A stretch of 64,000 nt of DNA from the NCBI GenBank assembly GCA_963668695.2, contig CAXXLQ010000004.1, positions 1,440,001 to 1,504,000 of the forward strand, given 5' to 3'. Positions 30,326 through 39,067 of this stretch are shown here, piece after piece. The position numbers and the translations under genes were made by a program. The notes under the pieces were generated by a model, which saw only the letters and a list, made by a program, of their open reading frames with translations, was not told where the DNA came from and ran no database searches. Numbering within the stretch: position 1 is the first letter of the stretch; each line of letters opens with the position of its first letter. This DNA comes from Vicinamibacteria bacterium (GTDB lineage Bacteria > Acidobacteriota > Vicinamibacteria > Marinacidobacterales > Marinacidobacteraceae).

Positions 30326-31177
30326 GTTGTCCGCGTCGGCGCGGCGCGCCACGAGAGCGGCGGTCAGGACCAGGAAGCTCACCACGTCCCGGTAGCCGGT
30401 GTGCACATAGAAGGCGGTCAGGTCCTCGGCGATTCCGAGCCCGATGCCGGCGATGAGGATTCCGCCGATGTTGGTGAGTCCTCCCAGCACGACGACGCAA
30501 AAGCTCTTCAGGAGGAACCGGGCGCCAAATTCGGGAGTCACGGAGTAAAACAGCGACATCAGGCTTCCCGCGGACATCGCCAGTGCGGAGCCGATTCCGA
30601 AGGCGATCGCCCATACCCGGTTTACCGGCACTCCGGAGAGAGCGGCGGCCTCGCGATCCTGGGCGACGGCGCGCAGCGCCAGGCCCGCCCAGCTTCGTTT
30701 CAGCAACAGGGCCAGGACCACGAAACCGAGCAACGAAAAGCCGGCCACGATGAGCCGCGAGATGCTGATTGTCAGAGGCCCAACGGCCACCGACTCGAGG
30801 GAATAGGACGTCAGGAGCGCCCGGTCGGCTCCGCCAAATATCAGATACAGCAAGTTGCGGACGATCAGCCACACTCCAAACAGCAGGAGCAGCGTGGTGA
30901 CCGGGGGGCTGTCCCGGAGGCGAAACACCAGCGTCCGCTCCACGGTGGCCCCCAGCGCAAAGCCGAGGGGAACCGTGATCAGGATGGAAACGAGCGGATC
31001 GATTCCGAACGTGGTGTTGAGCCACCAGGTCACGTACACGCCGAGGGTCAGGAAGGCCCCGTGCGCGAGATTGACGACCCGCAGGACACCGTAGATGAGG
31101 CCGAGCCCGTACGCCATGTAGGCGTACACCGTGCCCACCAGAATCCCGGAGGCCAGGATCGAGAAGAGATCAACCAC
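30323..31177 (-). CDS. livH: HAAT ABC transporter permease
   Basis: GLGLIYGVLRVVNLAHG, LRAVAQD, VVVLGGL. Confidence 0.9.
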   Translation of the reverse strand: MVDLFSILASGILVGTVYAYMAYGLGLIYGVLRVVNLAHGAFLTLGVYVTWWLNTTFGIDPLVSILITVPLGFALGATVERTLVFRLRDSPPVTTLLLLFGVWLIVRNLLYLIFGGADRALLTSYSLESVAVGPLTISISRLIVAGFSLLGFVVLALLLKRSWAGLALRAVAQDREAAALSGVPVNRVWAIAFGIGSALAMSAGSLMSLFYSVTPEFGARFLLKSFCVVVLGGLTNIGGILIAGIGLGIAEDLTAFYVHTGYRDVVSFLVLTAALVARRADADN

Positions 31178-31342
31178 GGCCCGGCCCGCCTGACATTTCT
31201 AGCAGCCTGCCCGCGAGACTTAGGTCGCAGCCTCGCCCCATCGCAAATCGGCTCGGGGCGCCACGCGGAGCGACTACCCCGCGAACTCGGGGCAGAGACC
31301 AGCTGTTGAAGTCTTTCGCATGGGCTGCAGGACGGATCCGCC

Positions 31343-32569
31343 TCAGCTTCCCAAAAAGGAGGGTCCCTCCGCCGCTTCGGGCGGGTAGATGATGCGGACT
31401 CCCCCGTCTGGCTGGTTCTGCACGATGACGCAGCGGTTCTGGATTTGGTACCGGCTTTCCGCCGGGAAGTAGAGGCGCCCTCCGGGAAGGAGCGAGTCAG
31501 TGAGTTCGAGAGACTGGAGTGCGTCGCGAATTGCTTCGGGTTCCGTAGCCCCCGCGTTCCCGATGGCGGTAATAAGGGCCCTTGCCGCTTCGTAAGCGAC
31601 CGCCGGGTAGTACTCGGTCACCGGTCCCCCGAACTGCGACTCGTACTGTTCGATGAAGCTGTGGGATCTCGCGTAGGGCAGCGCCCGGGTCCACCACTGC
31701 GCCGAAACGAGGTGGGAAACTGCTTCGCCGAGACCCGCGCGAACCGAGCGCTCCGGGCCCCGGGCTCCGTAGCTCACCGCGATGTGCCCAAGTCCCTGCT
31801 CCACGTAGGCGCGATGTTGCAGGAGGAAATCGGGCTCGTGGGCGTCCGAAAGAAAGACATCTGCAGCGACCGAACGCACCTTGACGATTAGCGAGGTGTG
31901 ATCGCTCGACAGGTGCTCGAACGATTCGTCAAGGACCAGTTCGAATCGGTCCGGATTCGCTTCGACAGTGTTCCCAACACCCGTCCGGTACTCGCGGCCG
32001 TGGTCCGTGTTCTGCCACACCATCGCCACCCGAAGCGGTTGGCGAAGGCGATCCTGGTCCTGTTCCCACATCAGCCATTCGAGCGTCGTGCTGGCGAGCG
32101 CCTCCACGGGACTGAGCGCGCCGAAAACCCACTGGTTGCCTTCGCGGAAAATCGATTTCGAGGCTCCGCCGGCATTCACGAATGGAATTCCGCGACGCAT
32201 CGGCACGATGACCTGCGCCTGAACCAGCGGGGTCGAATAGCCCGAAAGGAGTGCGACGGCGCCGTCAACGGCGATCAGCCGTTCCAACAGGCTCGGGGAG
32301 ATGGAGGCGTCGCTCTTGTCGTCGTAGACGCGCAACTCAATCGGGCGCCGAACGCCGTCGATTTCCACGCCGCCCTGAGCATTGGCCTCCTGGACGGCCA
32401 GTTGGTATCCGTCCCGGAAGAACCCGCCAACGTTTGCGTGTTTCCCACTCAGCGGGAGAGCGGCTCCGATCCGGATTGCGTTGCTGTCTCCACCCGAGCA
32501 CGCCGGAAGGCCGACGAACAGCCCAAGAACGAGCGAGAGGAGCCAGCGGGTGCGGTGGTCAGTGGACAT
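31343..32569 (-). CDS. HAAT ABC substrate-binding lipoprotein (LivK-like)
   Basis: LPAC lipobox, IRIGAALPLSG, DDKSD; first gene of the liv operon. Confidence 0.85.
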   Translation of the reverse strand: MSTDHRTRWLLSLVLGLFVGLPACSGGDSNAIRIGAALPLSGKHANVGGFFRDGYQLAVQEANAQGGVEIDGVRRPIELRVYDDKSDASISPSLLERLIAVDGAVALLSGYSTPLVQAQVIVPMRRGIPFVNAGGASKSIFREGNQWVFGALSPVEALASTTLEWLMWEQDQDRLRQPLRVAMVWQNTDHGREYRTGVGNTVEANPDRFELVLDESFEHLSSDHTSLIVKVRSVAADVFLSDAHEPDFLLQHRAYVEQGLGHIAVSYGARGPERSVRAGLGEAVSHLVSAQWWTRALPYARSHSFIEQYESQFGGPVTEYYPAVAYEAARALITAIGNAGATEPEAIRDALQSLELTDSLLPGGRLYFPAESRYQIQNRCVIVQNQPDGGVRIIYPPEAAEGPSFLGS

Positions 32570-32704
32570 AGGGAGAAGCCGCAGTGGGCAACCCGAAATT
32601 CTACCAAGACCACGCTGGGACAGAGCAGCAACTTGCCGGACTCTTCCGATCGGCGTTCCCGGCCGTGCAGGGCCATCTCACGTACTGCGGAACGACCGAA
32701 ACTG

Positions 32705-33055
32705 ATGGCGGCGAACCTTGTTCGCCACCTGCGTGATCGGGGGGAAAGTGTGAAAGGGGGGCTCCCGCCCCCCTTTCACAAGAATGTACGACGAATCGGA
32801 ACTCGCCGAAGCGCGCGGAGGCGCGCGACGGAGTTGCGATTCCCGAGCCAGGAGCGGCTGGGAGTCGGGTTCCCCGACCCCAGCCACTCCCGCTCCGGGG
32901 TCTCCGTGCGGCTCTCGCCGCACTTCGGAAGCCCGAGCCAGGAGCGGCTGGGAGTCGGGTTCCCCGACCCCACCCACTCCCGCTCCGGGGTCTCCGTGCG
33001 GCTCTCGCCGCACTTCGGAAGCCCGGCGCGAAGCGCCGGGCGGTTCGGAAGGGAG
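32705..33055. repeat. Family 3 repeat interrupted by a 2 x 90-bp tandem array (32842-33021)
   Basis: Flanks match 21125-21298 in reverse orientation; unit runs cccgagccag...ccgctccggggtctccg...cggaag. Confidence 0.75.
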
Positions 33056-33137
33056 GCGCACCGTTGGACAAGCCAACGACGAGTTACGCCCTGACCCGGC
33101 GCCCCCTTCTGGACCGCTCGATGTCCGGAAGCGACTC

Positions 33138-33143
33138 TACAAT
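33138..33143 (+). promoter_or_regulatory. Putative -10 box (TACAAT)
   Basis: 9 nt before GTG 33153, the same geometry as at glyA. Confidence 0.4.
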
Positions 33144-33152
33144 CGCGGCCCC

Positions 33153-33992
33153 GTGTCCAGTCTTGGCGAACAACTCCCGGAAACCGGGATTCCGGTTATG
33201 GAAGTCCTGCCGGTCAGGGATATCCGCTTTCACGAAGAAGTCGATCTGGCCAGGGTCGCGGCCCTGATCGAACGCCTCGGCACCGACGGCGTCCTCCGGA
33301 ATCCGCCGATCGTCGCGCGATTGCCCGGACGAACTCGGCTGCTGCTGGACGGAGCGAATCGTATTGAGGCTCTGTCGCGCATGGGAATCCGGCACGCGTT
33401 GGTGCAGACGGAGGAATTCGGAGACCCCGCACTGGATCTATCGCACTGGAACCACGTGATCCGCGCCCGCGAGGCTGCCGCCATCGTCAAAGATCCCCCG
33501 GCCAACACCCGGATTCAGCTCCCGGCGCCCCGGCAGGAGACACCGGGCGGTGGCCCCATCTGCCGTCTGGTGCTTCCGGGCGGTGACGAAACGGTGTTTC
33601 TGGCTCCGTCCGAGCCATCGAAGCGCGCGGCGGCGCTCCGGGACCTTTGTGCCCGATACACCCACCCGCGCGCCAGGCTCGCGCGTATTCCCCACGGCGA
33701 CCTCGATCAGGTGCGATCTGCGTATCCCGGTTTCGGGGGCATGCTCGAGTACGCCGGCATCTCGAAGGAAGAGGTGCTCGCAATTGCCGAGGCGGGCGAA
33801 CGGCTGCCGTCCGGGATTACGAGATTTCTGGTTCCCCGGCGCGTCCTGGGCTTCAACCTGCCGCTTTCGTTTCTTGAAATGAACCTCCCTCTCGACGAAA
33901 AGCGAAGGCGCCTCGAAGACCTCGTTGCCGACCGCTTCGACTCCGGCCGCGTTCGCTACTACGCGGAACCGGCGTTCGTGTTCGACGACTAG
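33153..33992 (+). CDS. ParB/Srx-fold protein resembling the free L-serine kinases SbnI/SerK
   Basis: IRFHEE, LRNPPIV, LLDGANR, LSHWNH, GERLPSGITRF, RVLGFNLPL and RYYAEPAFVFD parallel the recalled SbnI sequence along its length. Confidence 0.7.
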   Translation: MSSLGEQLPETGIPVMEVLPVRDIRFHEEVDLARVAALIERLGTDGVLRNPPIVARLPGRTRLLLDGANRIEALSRMGIRHALVQTEEFGDPALDLSHWNHVIRAREAAAIVKDPPANTRIQLPAPRQETPGGGPICRLVLPGGDETVFLAPSEPSKRAAALRDLCARYTHPRARLARIPHGDLDQVRSAYPGFGGMLEYAGISKEEVLAIAEAGERLPSGITRFLVPRRVLGFNLPLSFLEMNLPLDEKRRRLEDLVADRFDSGRVRYYAEPAFVFDD

Positions 33993-34270
33993 TCGCCCGT
34001 GGGGAAGGGTCCCCCAGGCGCAGAGCGCCGGGGACGGACGCCGGCAGAGTTTCGCCACCACCGGCCAGGCGGAGCGAACTGGGGCGGTGGGACGCCAGCT
34101 TCGGGTGTCCGGCGCCGGGATGGCCGAGGCCCTGCCGGACGGAGCGCTCGCCGCCGGTTGGGTTACGATTTTCGGAGGCCTGCTCGGCGGCAGCGCTCGC
34201 CGGAGTCTCTCGGTGACGGACGTTCGGGAGCGAGGATCGGACCGGAAGGGGCCAATAGGAGAAACGGTCG

Positions 34271-35020
34271 TTGTCGGGACACAGCAAATGGCACTCGATC
34301 CGCCACAAGAAGGCGATCGTGGACGCGAAGCGCGGCAAGGCGTTCACCCGGCTCCTCAAGGAGGTCACGATGGCCGCCCGCATCGGCGGTGGCGGCCAGC
34401 AGTTCAATCCACGGCTGCGGTTGGCCGTCGACAAGGCGAAGGCCGGAAATGTCCCGCGCGACAACATTGATCGCGCGATCAAGAAGGGCACCGGCGACCT
34501 CCCCGGTTTTCGGATCGAAGAAGCGAGCTATGAGGGCTATGCCGCCGGCGGAGTGGCGGTCTTCGTTCAGGTGGCGACTGACAACCGAAACCGCACGGTC
34601 AGCGACGTTCGCCACCTGTTCTCCAAGTACGGGGGGAACCTCGGAGAAAACGGATCGGTCAACTGGATGTTCGAAAAGGCCGGACAGTTCCTGGTGCCCA
34701 GGGATCAGGCTTCCGAAGACGATCTGATTGACATCGTCCTGTCGAGCGGCGGCAGTGACGTGCTCGAGGACGGCGAGCATTGGGACCTGCGCTGCCCTCC
34801 GGAGGTCTTCGCCGCCGTAAGGGACGCGCTGGGATCGAGCGGGATCCGGTGTGACAGCGAAGAGATCGCAATGCTCGCCACTCAGCATGTACGGGTCGTC
34901 GGGGGTGAGGCCCAGCGAGTCCTCAAGCTCATGGACGCGCTTGAGGATCACGAGGACGTAATTGGCGTCTGGGCGAACTTCGACATGGACGACGAAGAGC
35001 TGGACGTCGCGGCGTCCTGA
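34271..35020 (+). CDS. yebC: YebC/PmpR family protein
   Basis: MSGHSKWHSIRHKK, YEGYAAGG, TDNRNRT. Confidence 0.96.
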   Translation: MSGHSKWHSIRHKKAIVDAKRGKAFTRLLKEVTMAARIGGGGQQFNPRLRLAVDKAKAGNVPRDNIDRAIKKGTGDLPGFRIEEASYEGYAAGGVAVFVQVATDNRNRTVSDVRHLFSKYGGNLGENGSVNWMFEKAGQFLVPRDQASEDDLIDIVLSSGGSDVLEDGEHWDLRCPPEVFAAVRDALGSSGIRCDSEEIAMLATQHVRVVGGEAQRVLKLMDALEDHEDVIGVWANFDMDDEELDVAAS

Positions 35021-35025
35021 CGGCC

Positions 35026-35624
35026 AAGCAGCCTGTGGACAAAGTTACGCGGTATTCCCGAGCCAGAAGGGATGGTGGTCGGGTGACCCCGCCCCCCGTC
35101 CCTTCCGCTCCGGGGTCTCCGCGGTGCTGGCGCCCCGCTCCGGAAGCCCGAGCCAGAAGGGATGGTGGTCGGGTGACCCCGCCCCCCGTCCCTTCCGCTC
35201 CGGGGTCTCCGCGGTGCTGGCGCCCCGCTCCGGAAGCCCGAGCCAGAAGGGATGGTGGTCGGGTGACCCCGCCCCCCGTCCCTTCCGCTCCGGGGTCTCC
35301 GCGGTGCTGGCGCCCCGCTCCGGAAGCCCGAGCCAGAAGGGATGGTGGTCGGGTGACGACGCCCCCCGTCCCTTCCGCTCCGGGGTCTCCGCGGTGCTCG
35401 CGCCCCGCTCCGGAAGCGACCGGCGATGCATCCCGGCTGAACCGTGACGCTTCGCGTCGCTCATCGTTGCGCTTCGGTCGAAATACGCTCGGGCCAGTTC
35501 TCCCGGTGGGGGCTCCTCCCTCGCGCGCCTTGTCAGCCGGGCCCCCACCGGGAGGACTGGCCCCACCGGGAGAACTGGGCCTCACCGGTCTCGGTACTCA
35601 CGTCCCCTTATCCACAGGCTGCTG
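35026..35624. mobile_element. MITE-like family 1, copy 10 (type II TIRs) carrying a 4 x 90-bp array at 35057-35416
   Basis: TIRs gcagcctgtggacaaag / ttatccacaggctgc; four near-identical 90-bp units. Confidence 0.85.
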
Positions 35625-35630
35625 ACCCTC

Positions 35631-36194
35631 TTGCATCCGTCGAAGGCCGCTGGCGAGCCCGGGATTCCGCCTGGGATTCGGCCTGGGATTCGGGTCGTCG
35701 GGCTCGATCCCGGCTCGCGGATCACCGGCTGGGGAGCGGTGGAGGAGACGGAGGGCAGGCTCCGGGTCGTGGACTACGGGACCGTGCGGTGCTCACCCCG
35801 TGCCCCGCTTGTGCTGCGCCTCCAAACGCTCCATCGGGAAATCGGGGAAGTCATCAGGCGGCTTCATCCCGATGAAGTCGCCGTGGAGACGGTCTTCAGC
35901 GCGGTGAGCGCCGGCGCGGCTCTCACCCTCGGACACGCCCGTGGCGCTGTCCTGGTGACTGCGGCGGATCTGCCCGTCGCCGAATACAGCCCGCGCTCTG
36001 TCAAACAGGCGCTTACCGGATACGGAGCGGCCGGCAAGGGTTCGGTGGCCAGCATGGTGGCCCGGCGACTCGGGATGGCCGACCCGCCGGCCTCGGAGGA
36101 CGCGGCGGACGCGCTCGCCGTCGCCATTTGCCATCTGGACGCCCGGCGGGCCAAGGCCCGTCTGGCCCGTGCCACCCAGGGACGATCCGGGTGA
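35631..36194 (+). CDS. ruvC: Holliday junction resolvase (start uncertain)
   Basis: GLDPGS, VAVE, LGHARG, EYSP, DAADALAVA. Confidence 0.93.
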   Translation: MHPSKAAGEPGIPPGIRPGIRVVGLDPGSRITGWGAVEETEGRLRVVDYGTVRCSPRAPLVLRLQTLHREIGEVIRRLHPDEVAVETVFSAVSAGAALTLGHARGAVLVTAADLPVAEYSPRSVKQALTGYGAAGKGSVASMVARRLGMADPPASEDAADALAVAICHLDARRAKARLARATQGRSG

Positions 36195-36793
36195 TCGAGC
36201 GCCTCGCCGGCAGGCTGCTTGCGACTGGCGAAGGCCATGTCGTGCTTGACGTCCATGGGATCGGTTTCCGGCTGCAGGTATCGACGGGCACCGCGTCGCG
36301 CCTTGGAGTTCCGGGAGACGAGATATCGCTCACCGTCCGGATGTTGCTGCATCGCGAGGAGACCGTTCAGCTCTACGGATTCCGAGAGACTGAAGAAGCG
36401 GTCCTCTTCGACCAGCTCCGGGGAGTCAGTGGGGTGGGCCCTTCCGTGGCCCTGAATCTCCTGTCGCTGTCCGTTCCGCGGCTGCGCCAGGCCATCCGGG
36501 ACAAGGAAGTGAAGCTGCTCCAGGCAGCTCCGGGAGTGGGCGCAAAACTGGCGCGCCGCCTCATTACGGAACTTGCGGAGGCGCTGCCGGAGGAGGAAAG
36601 CCCGGCAGCGCCGGCGGTCGAGGCGCGAGATCCGGTGCGCGAGGCGTTGGTCACCGCCTTCACCAACCTGCAGTTCACCGACCGGCGCCGCATCGAGGAA
36701 GTCGTGCAATCCGTCCGGGCCGAAAAGCCCGACGCCGACCTGCAGGATCTCTTCAAGGTGGCTCTCAGTCGCCTGTCCGCTCGAGGATCCTGA
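36191..36793 (+). CDS. ruvA: Holliday junction branch-migration protein
   Basis: VLDVHGIG, LYGF, VSGVGP, PGVGAKLARRL. Confidence 0.93.
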   Translation: MIERLAGRLLATGEGHVVLDVHGIGFRLQVSTGTASRLGVPGDEISLTVRMLLHREETVQLYGFRETEEAVLFDQLRGVSGVGPSVALNLLSLSVPRLRQAIRDKEVKLLQAAPGVGAKLARRLITELAEALPEEESPAAPAVEARDPVREALVTAFTNLQFTDRRRIEEVVQSVRAEKPDADLQDLFKVALSRLSARGS

Positions 36794-37066
36794 GCAGCCT
36801 GTGAACAAAGTCACGCGGCCCAGTTCTCCCGGTGGGGGCTCGAGCGGCGATCCATCCCGGCTGAACCGCCCCCCCACCGGGAGAACTGGCGCTTCGCTTC
36901 GCTTATCGTTGCGCTTCGGTCGAAATACACTCGGGCCAGTTCTCCCGGTGCGGGCTCCTCCCTCGCGCGCCTTGTCAGCCGGGCCCCCACCGGGAGAACT
37001 GGCCCCACCGGGAGAACTGGGCCTCGCAGCTCTCGGCGCTCACGCCACTTTGTCCACCGGCTGCCA
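36792..37066. mobile_element. MITE-like family 1, copy 11 (type II TIRs, all four slots filled, five modules)
   Basis: Fills the whole gap between the ruvA stop and the next ATG. Confidence 0.85.
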
Positions 37067-39067
37067 ATGATCGCCCCTTCGCCCGCAGATACCAACGAGT
37101 TCTGGGACCGCGCCCACGCCCGGCTGAGAGAGGCATCCACGCTGCTCGGGCGGGTCCGCCGGATCTCGACGGGTCGATTGGCAGTCGTCGTGGTAGCACT
37201 CGCTTTGGCGCTTGGAGCCGGTGAGGCCGGGCTCTGGTCCCATTGGTGGATCGTCATCCCCTGCGGGTCGTTCGTCTGGCTGGCGTTCGTGCACGAGCGC
37301 CTCTGGAACCGGGCGCGCGGAGCGCAACACATCGCCCAGCTTTACCATCGGGCTGCGCTCCGGGTAGATCGCGATACCGAAGGAGAACCGGGCAGTCCCG
37401 ACACGCCGGCGGCGGCCATCCGAAGGGGCGGGCCCCCGGCTCATCGAAATACGGTCGACGAAGACCACCGCCTGGCGCATCGGCGCCACCGGATCTCGGA
37501 GCTTGCGGACGGCCAACTGGGAGACCATCTCGACCTCTTCGGATCCGGCGGGCTCTTCGAACGGCTCGCCGATTGGCGGACCGATGCCGGTGGAGAAACG
37601 CTGGCCGGATGGTTACTCCAACCCGCTCCTCCCGCGGAGGTGGCGTCCCGTCAGATTGCCATCCGGGAGCTCGCATCCCGAATCGAGATCCAGGAAACCC
37701 TGGCGGCTTCCGGCTGCCTCGAACCGTGGCCGAACGCTCGATCATCGGTGGTGCTGGATTGGTTGGGGCCGGGCGGTGCCGCCCGCGACGGGACACGACC
37801 GCCTCCGGCGGAAGAGGGTGAGGAAGGCTCCGAACCTGCCGGCCGCAAGACGGAAGTACTGCTCGGAGGTTTGGCAGTCCTCCTCAGCGTGGTCAACATG
37901 TTGGGGTTGTTCCGGTGGATGTACGTGGGCGATGCGTCCTTGTTCCTGGGCGCGGTGGCCCTGTCCGCGGCGCTGGGTCTGTGGCTCCGAGTGCGGGTTC
38001 GGGAACTAGAAGCCGCTCTGAGCCTGATGGAATCGGAGATCGCGGGCATCCGGCAGATCGCCCTGTCGGTGACCTCGGAGGGTTTCGATTCCCCGCTTCT
38101 TAGGGCACTTTCAAAGCGGCTCGCGCGCGCCCACGCGGCGCTCGGGAAGCTCGAACGACTGCAGCTTCGGCTGCGAGCCCGTCGCAACCTGCTCTTTGCG
38201 CCGGTAGCCGCGCTCTTGTTCTGGGGGACGCATCACACCTGGGCCATCGACCGTTGGCGTCGTCGGTACCAGCGGGAGGCGCGGGAGTGGATCCGAGCCG
38301 CAGGCGAGTTCGACGCACTCCTGGCGCTGGCGCAGTACGCCATCGAGCGTCCCGGGCACGTGTTCCCCGAGTTCGACGCCCTGCCGGGGTTCGAAGCAAA
38401 AGGTCTCGGCCATCCGTTGATCCCGGAAGTCCGTCTCCAGCGCAATGACGTTCGCCTCGGACGCGGAGAAGCGGATGTGCTGATCGTCACGGGTTCCAAC
38501 ATGTCCGGCAAGAGCACTCTGCTTCGGACCATCGGCGCCAATTTCGTCCTCGCGCGCATGGGTGCGCCGGTCACCGCTACCACCCTTCGGCTCGGGCCGC
38601 TCGCACTCGGCGCCTCGATCGCCGTCCATGACTCACTCCAGGACGGGGTCTCCCGCTTCCTGGCCGAACTCCTGGCGTTGAAGGCGGTACTGGATACCGG
38701 CTCAGCCGAGGAACCGCTGGTCTTCCTGCTGGACGAAGTGCTGCAGGGGACGAACTCGGATGACCGTAGAGCGGCCGCGGCTGCCTTGCTGCGCGAACTC
38801 GGCAGGCGTTCCGCCATCGGCGTGATGACCACCCACGATCTTTCGCTCACGGAGCTGGCCCACGAACTCCCGGGTCGGGTCCGTAACATGCATTTCACCG
38901 AACGGGTGGTGGACGGCGCCATGGAGTTCGACTATCAGCTTCGGGACGGCGTCCTCGCGCGCGGCAACGCCCTCGATCTGATGCGCATGCTCAATTTGCC
39001 CGTGCCCGAGGGGGAAGTGGCCGAGTTCACTTCACTTCCTGCCCCGGGTCCGGGGAGAGAGCACTGA
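37067..39067 (+). CDS. Membrane-anchored MutS domain V-only ATPase
   Basis: N-terminal TM segments; HPLI, TGSNMSGKST, SRFLAEL, LLDEVLQGTNS, TTHD. Confidence 0.85.
   Translation: MIAPSPADTNEFWDRAHARLREASTLLGRVRRISTGRLAVVVVALALALGAGEAGLWSHWWIVIPCGSFVWLAFVHERLWNRARGAQHIAQLYHRAALRVDRDTEGEPGSPDTPAAAIRRGGPPAHRNTVDEDHRLAHRRHRISELADGQLGDHLDLFGSGGLFERLADWRTDAGGETLAGWLLQPAPPAEVASRQIAIRELASRIEIQETLAASGCLEPWPNARSSVVLDWLGPGGAARDGTRPPPAEEGEEGSEPAGRKTEVLLGGLAVLLSVVNMLGLFRWMYVGDASLFLGAVALSAALGLWLRVRVRELEAALSLMESEIAGIRQIALSVTSEGFDSPLLRALSKRLARAHAALGKLERLQLRLRARRNLLFAPVAALLFWGTHHTWAIDRWRRRYQREAREWIRAAGEFDALLALAQYAIERPGHVFPEFDALPGFEAKGLGHPLIPEVRLQRNDVRLGRGEADVLIVTGSNMSGKSTLLRTIGANFVLARMGAPVTATTLRLGPLALGASIAVHDSLQDGVSRFLAELLALKAVLDTGSAEEPLVFLLDEVLQGTNSDDRRAAAAALLRELGRRSAIGVMTTHDLSLTELAHELPGRVRNMHFTERVVDGAMEFDYQLRDGVLARGNALDLMRMLNLPVPEGEVAEFTSLPAPGPGREH

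Noticed and set aside
33153-33992. Chromosome-partitioning ParB
   Set aside because: No HTH or dimerisation domain and no parA neighbour; the C-terminal half resembles SbnI
35057-35416. CRISPR array or coding repeat (ORFs 35035-35625, 34929-35585)
   Set aside because: Units are near-identical with no unique spacers; open frames arise because 90 is a multiple of 3 and the DNA is GC-rich
37067-39067. Canonical mismatch-repair MutS or MutS2
   Set aside because: Lacks mismatch-recognition, clamp and Smr domains and has TM helices
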